A stretch of DNA of 63,418 bases, the filler included, from Collodictyon triciliatum (taxonomy: Eukaryota): the NCBI GenBank assembly GCA_043381765.1. It is 24 parts of 24 records of this genome, joined end to end, with 100 filler letters (N's around TTAATTAATTAA, not from the genome) between each part and the next. Parts side by side here need not be neighbours in the genome. Positions count along the whole stretch, not along the records: positions 1 to 2,586 come from JBHJMP010008628.1; positions 2,687 to 5,270 come from JBHJMP010008629.1; positions 5,371 to 7,951 come from JBHJMP010008630.1; positions 8,052 to 10,632 come from JBHJMP010008631.1; positions 10,733 to 13,313 come from JBHJMP010008632.1; positions 13,414 to 15,992 come from JBHJMP010008633.1; 18 more parts are not named here. One strand, written 5' to 3'. The notes under the pieces were generated by a model that worked only from the letters and a program-made list of their open reading frames with translations, was not told the origin of the DNA and did no database searches. Made by a program: the position numbers and the translations under genes. Of this stretch, positions 1 through 13,559 are shown in pieces; the stretch's first letter is position 1, and the number at the start of each line of letters is the position of its first letter.

Positions 1-117
1 TATGTATGTATGTATGTATGTATGTATGTATGTATGTATGTATGTATGTATGTATGTATGTATGTATGTATGTATGTATGTATGTATGTATGTATGTATG
101 TATGTATGTATGTATGT
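1..117. repeat. (TATG)n microsatellite at contig end
   Basis: Perfect tetranucleotide tandem repeat. Confidence 0.97.
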
Positions 118-178
118 ATTTTGTTGCTTGGTTACCTTTTTCTTTGGAATCGGTCGAGCTGTTATCTAAATTTATATA

Positions 179-2361
179 GGACGGACTTGGTTCGACAAGG
201 ACAGATCTTACCGGGACAGATCTTACGCCCATGCATCGCTTTACAAACTGTTTTGTCAATCAACACAAATTAGAAGACGAGTACAACAAACATTACCTAG
301 AAACCAACAGAAAAGTCATTTTCTTCGCAGTTAAGATTTTACCCGCATTTTTGCTTACATATTACGGAACCTTCTATGGCGTTTATAATGGAAAAATGGA
401 ACATAACGGTATGAAAGCAGAAGAGTTTTTTTTACCATCGCTGTGTCCTTTTCCACCGTGCCTATCATTTTGTCTTTGGTGGCATTTGGGTTTATCATTC
501 AAGGAAAGCACGTGGTAATGTTCCTGAACTTGTCGATCATATCGTCCTTGCTTGGCTTCGTTGCAGTTGAATCCATAAAGAACGACCACTATCCAAATGA
601 AAACCCAGATTTGCGTGGATATTGTGAAATAATGCATTCCTTGAGTCCTAGATGCGTCCATGCGGCAAAAACCAGTATTTATCTCGAGCATATCAGGAAT
701 ATAACAATAAAGGATTCCTTTGTGTATATAGGGATGGGTGATTCTGAGTACTGTTTTGATACTAACTGCTATGATGAAACTTGTAAGTCTATTGGTCCAT
801 GATAAATTAAAAAACACCGAAGAACTACCATTCTCGTTTAAAATCGATTTCTTTCATTCTTTTCATGTTCTCTTTTTCCAATTCATGAAAATATTTTCCT
901 TTTGCAGTGCTCCGCCATGAAGAAATCCTGAAAGGAAAAGATAGCTATGCATTTAGCCTATTAGCGACTATGGTTCTATTTGGTGCCCTTCAACAACTAT
1001 TTCGATTACCTTACCTAAGTGTGTGTGGTCAGGGGGTTCTTCTCATCATCCTAAATACCAGCTTTACAATTGCAACAAAAAATTATGCCACACTTCAACG
1101 CAGTTTTATATTCATCATAATGTTATCTGGAGGAATCATATGCTTTGTCCATTCTGCAAAGAATGCTGACAAAGTCTCACGAAGAACATTCTTGAATGAA
1201 AGAGAGCTGCGAAAAAGGAATGAAATCCTGCGCAAAAAGCTTGAAAGCATACGAAATATGAAAAAGAAAGCATACGACCTTGATTCGCCGATTGAAACGG
1301 CCTTTGACATAATAAAAAAGTTGAGAGATAATTCAGGTTCGTGATTCATATATGCAGCAACTAATACGCATTACAATGAGTAAATTCATTCATTTTTTTT
1401 TTCCAGAGGTGTATAGCCTAATCAGCGCTGACTTGGATGGACTCACCGCTATACTGAGTGACCCGAATATATTCAATCCTGACTTCAAGAAGAAGATGGA
1501 GAATTCCAACTCTGGTTAAATCAATTTTCGCAAATATATTCATTTTGCATACGCCTTACAGTTTCATTAATCACTTCATCTTATTATTGTTATTATTCTA
1601 TTAAATGAAACTCATTCTCAAATTGTAGAGTTGGACAAAGAGACACAAAAATGGATTATGTATGAATTTGCGAAATCAAATCACGAAGGTTTAAGTAAAA
1701 CAATGTCTACCCATTCCTTGAGCGAGCGCATGGTGGCATTCTCCATTATTCCTGTGAACATGGGGTAACCAGCTTTATAAATCTTGAAAAGGAACCGCCT
1801 TGTAGCAATATATGGCTTTGAAGTGCCATGGATACTGGGTATAATAATTATTTTGACATAAAGCCACATACCAATTTTACTTATTACATAGGCACCGAAA
1901 TGAAATTGCAGAGCGTATTATTGACAAAGTGGAGTGGAATAGTCCAATTTTCGATTTGCGCAACGTCACAGATGGTAAACTATTACGAATGATAAAACTT
2001 GACTATGAAATGATTTTTTAAAATTAAAGACTTCGTTTCCAATTTTGTGTCTCCTTCATCGAAAGCGCTGTGTCAAATGTGATCAAATACATTTTCATTA
2101 TATCGTTAAATAAAAAAACATCTTACTTTCAAACTCTCGTTAATGCCACCTAATTATAGAGCACCCCCTGAGATTTTCTCTTGATTACTTGATGAGAAAG
2201 CATGGATTAGTACAAAAATTCAAGATTCCTGAACTACAATGGTCTAACTTCCTCGCCGAGCTTGAAAAAGGATATAGACAACATCCATTTCACAATGAAG
2301 TTCACGTCACAGATGTTACCTTGAATATAAATTATCTTATTCATAGACCAGTATTTGCCCA
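179..2361 (+). CDS. Membrane-anchored class I cyclic-nucleotide phosphodiesterase, partial, multi-exon
   Basis: Exon about 2160-2361 reads HPLRFSLDYLMRKHGLVQKFKIPELQWSNFLAELEKGYRQHPFHNEVHVTDVT, matching the PDEase_I start motif Y..NPYHN..HA.DV. The preceding exon has IDKVEWNSPIFDL. Upstream exons (about 179-782 and 908-1336) are multi-TM with a coiled coil. There is an apparent 1-bp frameshift in the T8 run at 426-433. Confidence 0.85.
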
Positions 2362-2586
2362 GTAAGCCACTCATTCAAAAAATTATCTGTATCTATGTTT
2401 TTTCCCACCCTGACAAGGATTAATTCCAAAATATAATGATCAGCTCTATTTCCTTTCTATCATCATATTTCCCCCCAAAAAAACAAAAACAAAAACAAAA
2501 AAACAAAAAAACAAAAACAAAAAAACAAAAACAAAAAAACAAAAACAAAAAAAAACAAAAAACAAAAAACAAAAAACAAAAAACAA

Positions 2587-2686
2587 NNNNNNNNNNNNNN
2601 NNNNNNNNNNNNNNNNNNNNNNNNNNNNNNTTAATTAATTAANNNNNNNNNNNNNNNNNNNNNNNNNNNNNNNNNNNNNNNNNNNN
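2587..2686. other. Artificial contig linker N44-TTAATTAATTAA-N44 (first of 23; the others start at 5271, 7952, 10633, 13314, 15993, 18997, 21676, 24356, 27034, 29712, 32389, 34011, 36686, 39361, 42036, 44710, 47384, 50058, 52732, 55407, 58078, 60749)
   Basis: The same 100-bp N spacer with an all-frame stop cassette recurs about every 2.68 kb, and flanking contigs usually end in simple repeats. Confidence 0.98.
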
Positions 2687-2894
2687 AGATGAAAATATCA
2701 AAATCTTATAAGGATATTTTATCTGAAAGACTGTTTGGATAAAGTTAAGGAAAACACCAAATAAAAAAGACCTGAAACAAGAAAAAAGAAGAAAAAAGAA
2801 GAAAAAAGAAGAAAAAAGAAGAAAAAAGAAGAAAAAAGAAGAAAAAAGAAGAAAAAAGAAGAAAAAAGAAGAAAAAAAGAAGAAAATTGATTAC

Positions 2895-5125
<2,231 letters not shown>

Positions 5126-5370
5126 CTAATCGTTCAAAAGGCGAAGAATCATATCGATTAAAGAAAATTTGATGATGCGGAGCATATATTTCTTGTAAAT
5201 ATAATAACAAAAACCAAAAACCAAAAACCAAAAACCAAAAACCAAAAACCAAAAACCAAAAACCAAAAACNNNNNNNNNNNNNNNNNNNNNNNNNNNNNN
5301 NNNNNNNNNNNNNNTTAATTAATTAANNNNNNNNNNNNNNNNNNNNNNNNNNNNNNNNNNNNNNNNNNNN

Positions 5371-6405
5371 GTCATATCCACTCAAGTATCTAGGCATCAT
5401 CTTCGGTCCACAATCGGATAACAAATGGACAAGCCTGGTTGAGGACATCAAGTCGAAAATATCAGTGTGGAGCAACTTTCATCTTTCGGACGTGGGGAAA
5501 GTAAGATTGTGGAACCAAGTGATGGTGTCGACTCTTATCTACAACATGAAAGGCACACTGCTGGGTCTCATGCTAAAGGGGCTGGAAGACATCTGCCGCA
5601 ACTTCATCGCTACAGAGAATCAAAAATTATAAAGCTGGAAGCAAGTCCGCACATACCAGCTACTCCCGAAACACCGCGCCCTACTTCTAAATATCTCCAA
5701 CAGAGACCTGTGTAAAAGTGCGCGCGTAGTCCATGCAGCAACGACCTCCCCAGAACGCACCATGCGCCATAGGAGACGACTCTATCGAACATACATTTGT
5801 GAAGTGCTCTCTTGCTCAAAAAGTGACAGAATCCACCCACGAGATGCTCTCTGAGCTTGATTATGCTCCCAACCGACTCAGCGCGTCTGACATCCTGTTT
5901 GGCCCATAATACCAAATGACCCACGGCTCTAGAATACTCTGGGCAGTCACAAGGGGACATATGCTGTGGTTCTTATGGAGTGTGCGTGCATTCTCTCGCT
6001 CTAATGGTTCACCCGAACGAGAAATCAATGTAGCCAGGCTTGAAAGCCTCGTACAATACAGCTTCCTGAACAGTCTGCTGAAACACACCCGCATTCTTCG
6101 CTACTCTGACCACAAGCGAGGAGAGATGTGGGAATGTGTCGTGCGATATCTCCCGCAGCACATCCAACCCCTGCTACCCACACAACCAATCAACCAGTTG
6201 GGTAGCCCACCTGACCAACTCGCTATCACTGAGTTCTTTCCGGTGCTAGCCTCTCCTCAGTAACGTCTTCCCCTACTCGCGTTTGCTCTACCATGCGCAC
6301 CCATCTCGCCCCTTTGTATGGCACAACCTCGCTGCACCTTGAATGAAGGAAGGAAGAAAATATTCTTGCTCTCCGTAAGCTTCTGAATCGTTTCATGATT
6401 TTTCA

Positions 6406-6446
<41 letters not shown>

Positions 6447-6447
6447 A
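5371..6447 (+). mobile_element. Degenerate L1/Tx1-clade non-LTR retrotransposon, 3' part of ORF2
   Basis: From 5372: YPLKYLGII...KWTSLVEDIKSKISVWSNFHLSDVGKVRLWNQVMVSTLIY (RT domain 7 and thumb), then zf-RVT-like WKQVRTYQLLPKHRALL and C..GDDSIEHTFVKC. It has stops and a frameshift, is GC-richer than host DNA, and is followed by a (TAAA)n tract at about 6406-6447. Confidence 0.85.
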
Positions 6448-6695
6448 TGAAACTACTGCATTATGGCTATGGAGTAGAGCGAAAGACATCCTGTTTTAAA
6501 TCTCACTAGTAATTACCAAAATTAGACAGAACATAGCACACCCATTTTATAAGGGATAGGATTAGAAGAAAAAAACCTCACGACTTGGACCATAAATTAG
6601 TGTGTATACTTAAAAAAGAGAAAGAATCTCAGCCTTTTGTAGTAAATGTTTATTGGTAGGGTTGCAATGTTTCAAAGAGTATATCATGTGTTGAT

Positions 6696-7768
6696 TCAGA
6701 AGTTGTGATAATCCTGATTTGACGAAGTTGGGGTGCGTATATTCGAGCAGAAATTCCAGATATTCTTGAGGATAAAGGATGCTATGCGTACATACGTCGA
6801 TGATTCGCTGACTGGATGAAATCGAGAGCTTTTTGCCTATAAAAAAACAGAAAAGGAGAGAAACAACATATTAGAAAAAATTAGTTTGTGGTTACCAGTT
6901 TTTTTTTTAAACCATATATATATGGTGATTATCACTTGGCCTAGCCACGATACTTAATGGGAGTTTTTAATTGTAAGTGATAAATAAAAGTATTAATATT
7001 AAAGACAGTAGTAATAGTAGCAGCAGAAATAGAAAAGGAATCAATAATTGAAAAGGAAAAAGGAAAAAAAATCATTCTCCTAATTGAGTTCACATGCACC
7101 TTAAGCCGGAATGCCAGATCAAATGATTCTGTTGAAACAAAATAGTTTTTTATCGATAGAGGTGTTCGCGCGGTTTGCAGCTTTTGGATGACTTCGGGTA
7201 TGGTGTGCTTTTCCCTATGCGTGACACATGAGAAACTTACAGTAACGTAGTCTTAAATGATTTTTCAGTGTTATTTAGACTTTTATCAAAGAGAAGAAAT
7301 AAAGTACTATGGTAAATTAAATTCGCAAAAATATGAGTTTAGAGTGTATTCATATGGACTTTAAAAATTTTATTACGTCGGAATTTCAAAGATAGCTTGG
7401 TTTGTGACGAGCTGCTTCATTTCACACCCTTTGAAGGTGGATAACATGAATAGGTTGATCTCATCAAATTTTTCGAGTTCAAAGATAATTTCAACCTGTA
7501 AAGTAAAATTGCTGTCAACATCTGTCATGACTTATGCATAATTACTCAAGGTAGTGCTGTTTTTCTTCTTTCTGAAATACAATTTTGCGTAGCAACAGGT
7601 TTTTTTAAAAAAAAACTTAATTTTATTCAATAATGATATATCAGTATAAAATAAACCATTATTCTTCCTCCGTATCTAGACTGGGCATTTGGAACTGACC
7701 CAACATATTCAAGGCAACCATTATGGATTATTCCAACCTTTTGATTGAGAATATCGCATTCTACCATA
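6696..7768 (-). CDS. ABC transporter subfamily A, C-terminal exons (end of NBD and regulatory domain)
   Basis: Exons read MVECDILNQKVGIIHNGCLEYVGSVPNAQSRYGG (compare ABCA SMEECEALC..LAIM..G...CLGS.QHLK.RFG) and STFKGCEMKQ...IFEIP..KHTIPEVIQKLQTARTPLSIKNYFVSTESFDLAF (compare LS.IF..LE...I.DYSVSQTTLEQVF). The last exon is uncertain. Confidence 0.7.
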
Positions 7769-7854
7769 CTACAAACATCATGTAGGTTTTGATATATCAT
7801 CGCTCCGATGAAATTAAGAAAATTGTAAACAGTGAAGTTTCGTTTTCTATTTCC

Positions 7855-7951
<97 letters not shown>

Positions 7952-8056
7952 NNNNNNNNNNNNNNNNNNNNNNNNNNNNNNNNNNNNNNNNNNNNTTAAT
8001 TAATTAANNNNNNNNNNNNNNNNNNNNNNNNNNNNNNNNNNNNNNNNNNNNAAAAT

Positions 8057-8139
<83 letters not shown>

Positions 8140-8249
8140 TAAAAAATAAATATAAAAATAAATACAAAAATAAATACAAAAATAAATACAAAATAAAAAC
8201 AATAAAAACAGAAAAATAATTGTTTCTAGCCAACGAGAAGCACGACCTG

Positions 8250-10388
8250 ATGGGAATTTTCTGTTCCAGTTTGTCTGACCAACAAAGAAACGTCACAGAC
8301 GTTGTGATCGATATTGAAAGTTATTATTTAAACAAAAAATTTAATGACAATGATATATTTCTATTATTATCATTATTGTCGTTATCATCTTCATTGTTAT
8401 TGATATTATTTGCTGTAAATTCTGGCATAATAAATTATCATATGAATGAATAGTATATATTATTCACTTGTTCGCTTGTCTCGTAATGATTTCTTCTTTC
8501 AATCTCATATCCTTTTCGTTGTTCATTCATTCCAAAAAATAATAATGTGGAATTGACAGATTCATTACCCGAGTCTCCTGAGGATAAAAAGCTGTGTGGA
8601 CGGCTTCGCTCCTTGCTAGGAAACACATCTGCTCTATTGTCTGCGTTGAATGAATACAAAGGATGTGGGGACCAAATCCGAAAGGCAGGATTACAACATC
8701 CTTCGTTAATTTATTTCCTTAGTAATATTATGACAATATTTATCAATGCATGCACAATTTTATCATTTTTCCATTTATTTACTCAATATAAATCACTTTA
8801 TGGCCAGATATTCCCCTTTTATTTTCACAAGAATAGACTTAACGTATCAGTCTATGCAAACAAATACTAGGCTTTGACCACCCCTTGCAAGGAAAATGAG
8901 GATGAGGCATGGGCTGCCGTGGTTCCTTGTGTTCTCCAACAAAAAGTTTTCTACGAGTTTTCAACAAATATTGGTAAAAAAAAAAAAAAAAAAAATAAAA
9001 AAATTCATTATCAATTTTGACTATCTTTAACGATACACGCGTATATGTAAAGCATGATGTCAAAAAAGTAACCATCTTCATTAAAAAAAAAAAAAGAATC
9101 TGCAGTAGTAGCTCTATGTCAGCATTTAATCGCTATAAAAGAATCGAATATACAACAGCATCAGGTTTTCTTTCTTTCCTTTTTGACCATTATTGTGGTT
9201 CCCTGTATTATATTTATGACGAATAAATGCATTTCAGAATAAAGAATGTCCCATCTCTAAAATATATTGAATCTATTAACTTAATTTTATACTTAAATTT
9301 TTGTGAATGTATATGTATGTATCCATCATATAGGCTGTTGTTCGTGAACTCTGTCTCCTCTTTGACTTTGTTTCTCGTTTTGATGAGGCGAAGGTAATTC
9401 ACACAGATTTAATCAAAATAGATTGAAAATAAATACACATTTACTGATTTCTTGCTGTCACCCAGATGATGTGCCCGCACATTCAGAACGACTTTTCATA
9501 CTACCGCAGAACACTCAGCAGGCACAAAAGCGGTGTATGCATTTTTTTTAATTTTTTGCTTGACATATGATTTTCTAGAATAAATTATTATTATTTTGAA
9601 AGAAAGGATAAGATAAAACCATAAGGCAATATCAACATAAACTAGTTTCCGTCAATAGCTATTTCTATACTATTTGTCTTGAATATAAATCCTTAGATTG
9701 ACCAAGAAAGCAGATTAAAGGATGAACTGACAAATAAAATATCCCTTTTCTTCGCATCACCTACTCCGGTTCTCATTAATAACCCTTTTGCAGTTTGATA
9801 TATTCATGTGCATGTAAAGATAATCATAATTGGACAAAACCTCAACTGTATTTCGATTATCAACCTCCAGATGATGAAAGTTGTGATTGACACAACACGC
9901 AGGTTTCTATTAGAAACTCGAGACGTTCTTATACCATTCACTGACTCGTTATCTACTGTTATTAACGTCCTTCAGTCCACATTACATCGGAAAAGGTTTA
10001 CTTGACCAGAAAAAAAATAATTCTCATTACTCAGTTGTGAAGAAAGAATCAAGCTGTGAAATGAAGCAAATGCTAACCAATTAATAATATTATTATTTTT
10101 AGAATCCAAGCACAAACAAACATAGATGCCGCGACGAGGTGCATGACAGTGTGTTTAATCTTGTATGACCATGTCCACCCATCTGGCGCCTTCCACCGCA
10201 CAAGCCCCGTCCAGGTAACTTTACATACGCTTTGCCGCGTTGGAAAGGGAAATATATATAATACGCCCTCATATGCGTTACAAATAAATACATGAACTGA
10301 ATGGTTCATTCTTTTTAATCAGGATTGTTGTCGTTTTGAATGGCCAAAACACATCTTGCTTAATACATGAAAACTCTTTTTTTAAACA

Positions 10389-10460
<72 letters not shown>

Positions 10461-10594
10461 CACGTGCGTGCATCGAGCTTCTCAAGCGAGCAGAGCCACC
10501 GCAGAATAGCCTCCTTAATTCCATCCGCTACACAACCATCCATATCAACGACAGCACCACGCCAAACAGCATCAAAACTCTTTTCTTGAGCTAA
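8250..10594 (+). CDS. CYRI: CYRI/FAM49 (CYFIP-related Rac1 interactor), apparently complete multi-exon gene
   Basis: MGIFCSS N-terminus (candidate myristoylation/palmitoylation); YKGCGDQIRK|ALTTP..NEDEAWAAVVP; PHIQNDFSYYRRTLSR; NKISLFFASPTP; ILYDHVHPSGAF; LLNSIRYTTIHINDSTTP; TAA stop ending at 10594. Confidence 0.93.
10386..10458. repeat. (CA)n microsatellite running into the last CYRI splice acceptor
   Basis: The CA repeat ends directly in CAG|GCA, the acceptor of the final exon. Confidence 0.9.
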
Positions 10595-10915
10595 CAAGCC
10601 TCCTCTTTTTACTACTCCATTTGGATTTTTTTNNNNNNNNNNNNNNNNNNNNNNNNNNNNNNNNNNNNNNNNNNNNTTAATTAATTAANNNNNNNNNNNN
10701 NNNNNNNNNNNNNNNNNNNNNNNNNNNNNNNNTTTTCTTTTTCTTTTTCTTTATCTTTACCTTTACCTTTACCTTTACCTTTACCTTTACCTTTACCTTT
10801 ACCTTTACCTTTACCTTTACCTTTACCTTTACCTTTACCTTTACCTTTACCTTTACCTTTACCTTTTTGCTTGTTGCTTTTTATCTTTTACTTTTCAAAC
10901 TCTCGCTTGTAATAG

Positions 10916-13168
10916 AGGGAAACATTATGGAAAATAGCATTGACGAACATCCAAGCGGGGTGAGCTTCGCCATATGGGTTTTAATCATGGTGAGATTAAC
11001 TTTGAGATATTAACGAAAGTGTAGAGAACATAGAATGGCTTTTTCTGAAACAATCCGCCTGAGACACAAACACTTGCAGATTAGTATACTCGGCTCACAA
11101 GTTGTGCAATTGGCTGGCGCAGCTGTAGGTTTGAAAATGATTACTGGACTTCCAGTGATGTACTGCTGTCTGATACTTTTGGTTGACGTCATCCCTTACA
11201 CATGTCATGGAAACACAAGATTTGCAAAGCTTGAAATAATCGTTGGTGTGTAAATTTTTTGTAGCTGAATATCCTTTTTTTTTTTTCTTCGAAATTGAGA
11301 AATGACAAAATGTATCCAAATATGATTACTAATCTAAAATATCTTGGTAACTATTGATATGAAATAACCCATCTTTTCATATGCTTCAGGATATGCTACA
11401 CTGGTTGTTGGCGTATTCATATTTAGTAATGCTTTTACCGTCCATCCGGGTGCAGAGGACATTGCTCGCGGCTTTGTTCCAGACTTCAGTCAACGCAGTA
11501 TATACATTGCAATCAGCTTGATTGGGTCTACTATTTCACCCCATTCGCTATATTTCCAGTCTTACATTATTACGGTAAGATATCACCGGAGAGCTGTTTT
11601 GAGATTTGAATTCCTATAAATGATAGCTATTTTAGCAATCGGATTCTATTTTCCGACCTTCAACTTATTAACAAATAACGATAATGGACATTAGACAAAA
11701 AACTATGACAGATTGGAATCAAAGATCAAAAAAATGTACTTGTCTAACATATTTGAATCATTTTTTGCCTGGGTTGGGTACTTCATTCTAGCCACCGTTT
11801 GTGTCATAGGCAAGCATATATTCATTTAGATTTTGCAATAGAATCCTGATATGCTGGCTATATTGATTTTTTTTTTACTTCGAAATGATATAAAATTGTT
11901 AGTATCGGCGTCAACGTATTATGATGGAACGGATCGATTTCACTGTTGTATGGAAGATGTCGCTGTTTTGTTGGAAGGACATTATAAGCAGTAATAAATA
12001 TAATATATTCGCTCCTCTGAATAGCGTATCATCTGTATCTAATGTTTATCTCCTTCATATGAACTTTCTTCATGAGCGTAAATATTTAATTTTTCGCTTT
12101 TTCACTCGGCCTGATCCATAGGCATGCTGCAAAAGTTATAATGGGTGTTATTTTGATATTAACCAGTGAAACGACAATGTCAAGATTGACTGTCACCAGC
12201 TCTGTAATCGCCAAAGTGACCTCTTACTTTTTATTCGCCCACTCACTATGCTTTTGTATGAAAATTTTTTAGTCTCATGACAACACAGTTAATTTATCTT
12301 CTTTTTTTATCAACAATGTGTGTGGATAGAATATGATATCTAGGTCGCCACAACCTTGGATTCATCATCTTTCACTTCGTGGAATGTCTCTTGTGCCTGT
12401 TCTTGTCATCGATAGTATATCTCCCGATTCGGGTCTTTTCAAGTTGGTCATATTGTGTCAGGTATGCATATAAATACATGCTTCACATTTTAATTTTATT
12501 GTCCCGAAAAAAAAATATGCATGTCGTCATTGCTCACTTGGATTTCAGGCAATGTCGACCGTCATTCTCCCAATTGTCCTGGTTCAAATCTTGAAAACAA
12601 CATCTTCCACGCCCAAAATGCAAGGGCATGCCAATAGTTTCCTGGTAAATACGATATTTTTTAATTCATTCAACAACGGCAGACCACCAGTTTCTCATAT
12701 GATTAAGATATCCGCCTCTATATATTTATAGGTCGCCACGCTCTCGTTTTTGGTCGTTTGTGCATTGGTATTTGCGAACATATATATGATATATGAAGAA
12801 ACCTACTTTATGACAGAAGGGATTAATCAGGATGTTCGGTAAACATCCTTTCTAAAAGAAAAAAATGCATATTCGCATATTAAAATTCAAAATTGTATTT
12901 ACTAATGAACTTTTACATGTTTACCTTTCCCAGAAATTTCCTTTTCTTCGTCATTGCTGTAGCTGTCGCTGTATACATTTTGTTACTTGTGTTCTTGATG
13001 TTCTATGATGTAAAGTGGGTTATCGAGTACATATTTTGTCAAAAGTTTGTGCGACGCGGGCCTCATCACGCCTACCAAGCTCGGAAAATAAGGCCAACAT
13101 CATCCCGATTTCTTGTCGTGACTGAAGACGAAGGAGATGAACTCCTTTCTCGGCGAGGGGATTTGTAG
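10916..13168 (+). CDS. Divergent NRAMP/SLC11-family membrane protein, 5'-partial
   Basis: Stitched exons give FAIWVLIMISILGSQVVQLAGAAVGL (TM3), ARGFVPDF...ISLIGSTISPHSLYFQS (TM6), ESFFAWVGYFILATVCVIVSAS (TM7), LRGMSLVPVL (TM9), ILCQAMSTVILPIVLVQILKTTSSTPKMQGHAN (TM10 and loop), and a TAG stop ending at 13168. Confidence 0.85.
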
Positions 13169-13450
13169 GCTGTAAATGGGCTGAACCGTGTCCGTACAGG
13201 GTCTAAGAACGCAGCCTTCTTTTTCTTTTTCTTTTTCTTTTTCTTTTTCTTTTTCTTTTTCTTTTTCTTTTTCTTTTTCTTTTTCTTTTTCTTTTTCTTT
13301 TTCTTTTTCTTTTNNNNNNNNNNNNNNNNNNNNNNNNNNNNNNNNNNNNNNNNNNNNTTAATTAATTAANNNNNNNNNNNNNNNNNNNNNNNNNNNNNNN
13401 NNNNNNNNNNNNNTTTTTTTTTTTTTTTTTTTTCTCTTTTATTTTTCCTT

Positions 13451-13487
<37 letters not shown>

Positions 13488-13559
13488 AGCCAATCGCATT
13501 GGTTTGGTTTAAGCAAAAAAAAAAAAAAGTTAAAAAAAATAATCAATCAATCCATCCAG

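Noticed and set aside
10756-10864. (TTTACC)n as a telomeric repeat
   Set aside because: It lies just upstream of an internal NRAMP acceptor, so it is an intronic microsatellite.
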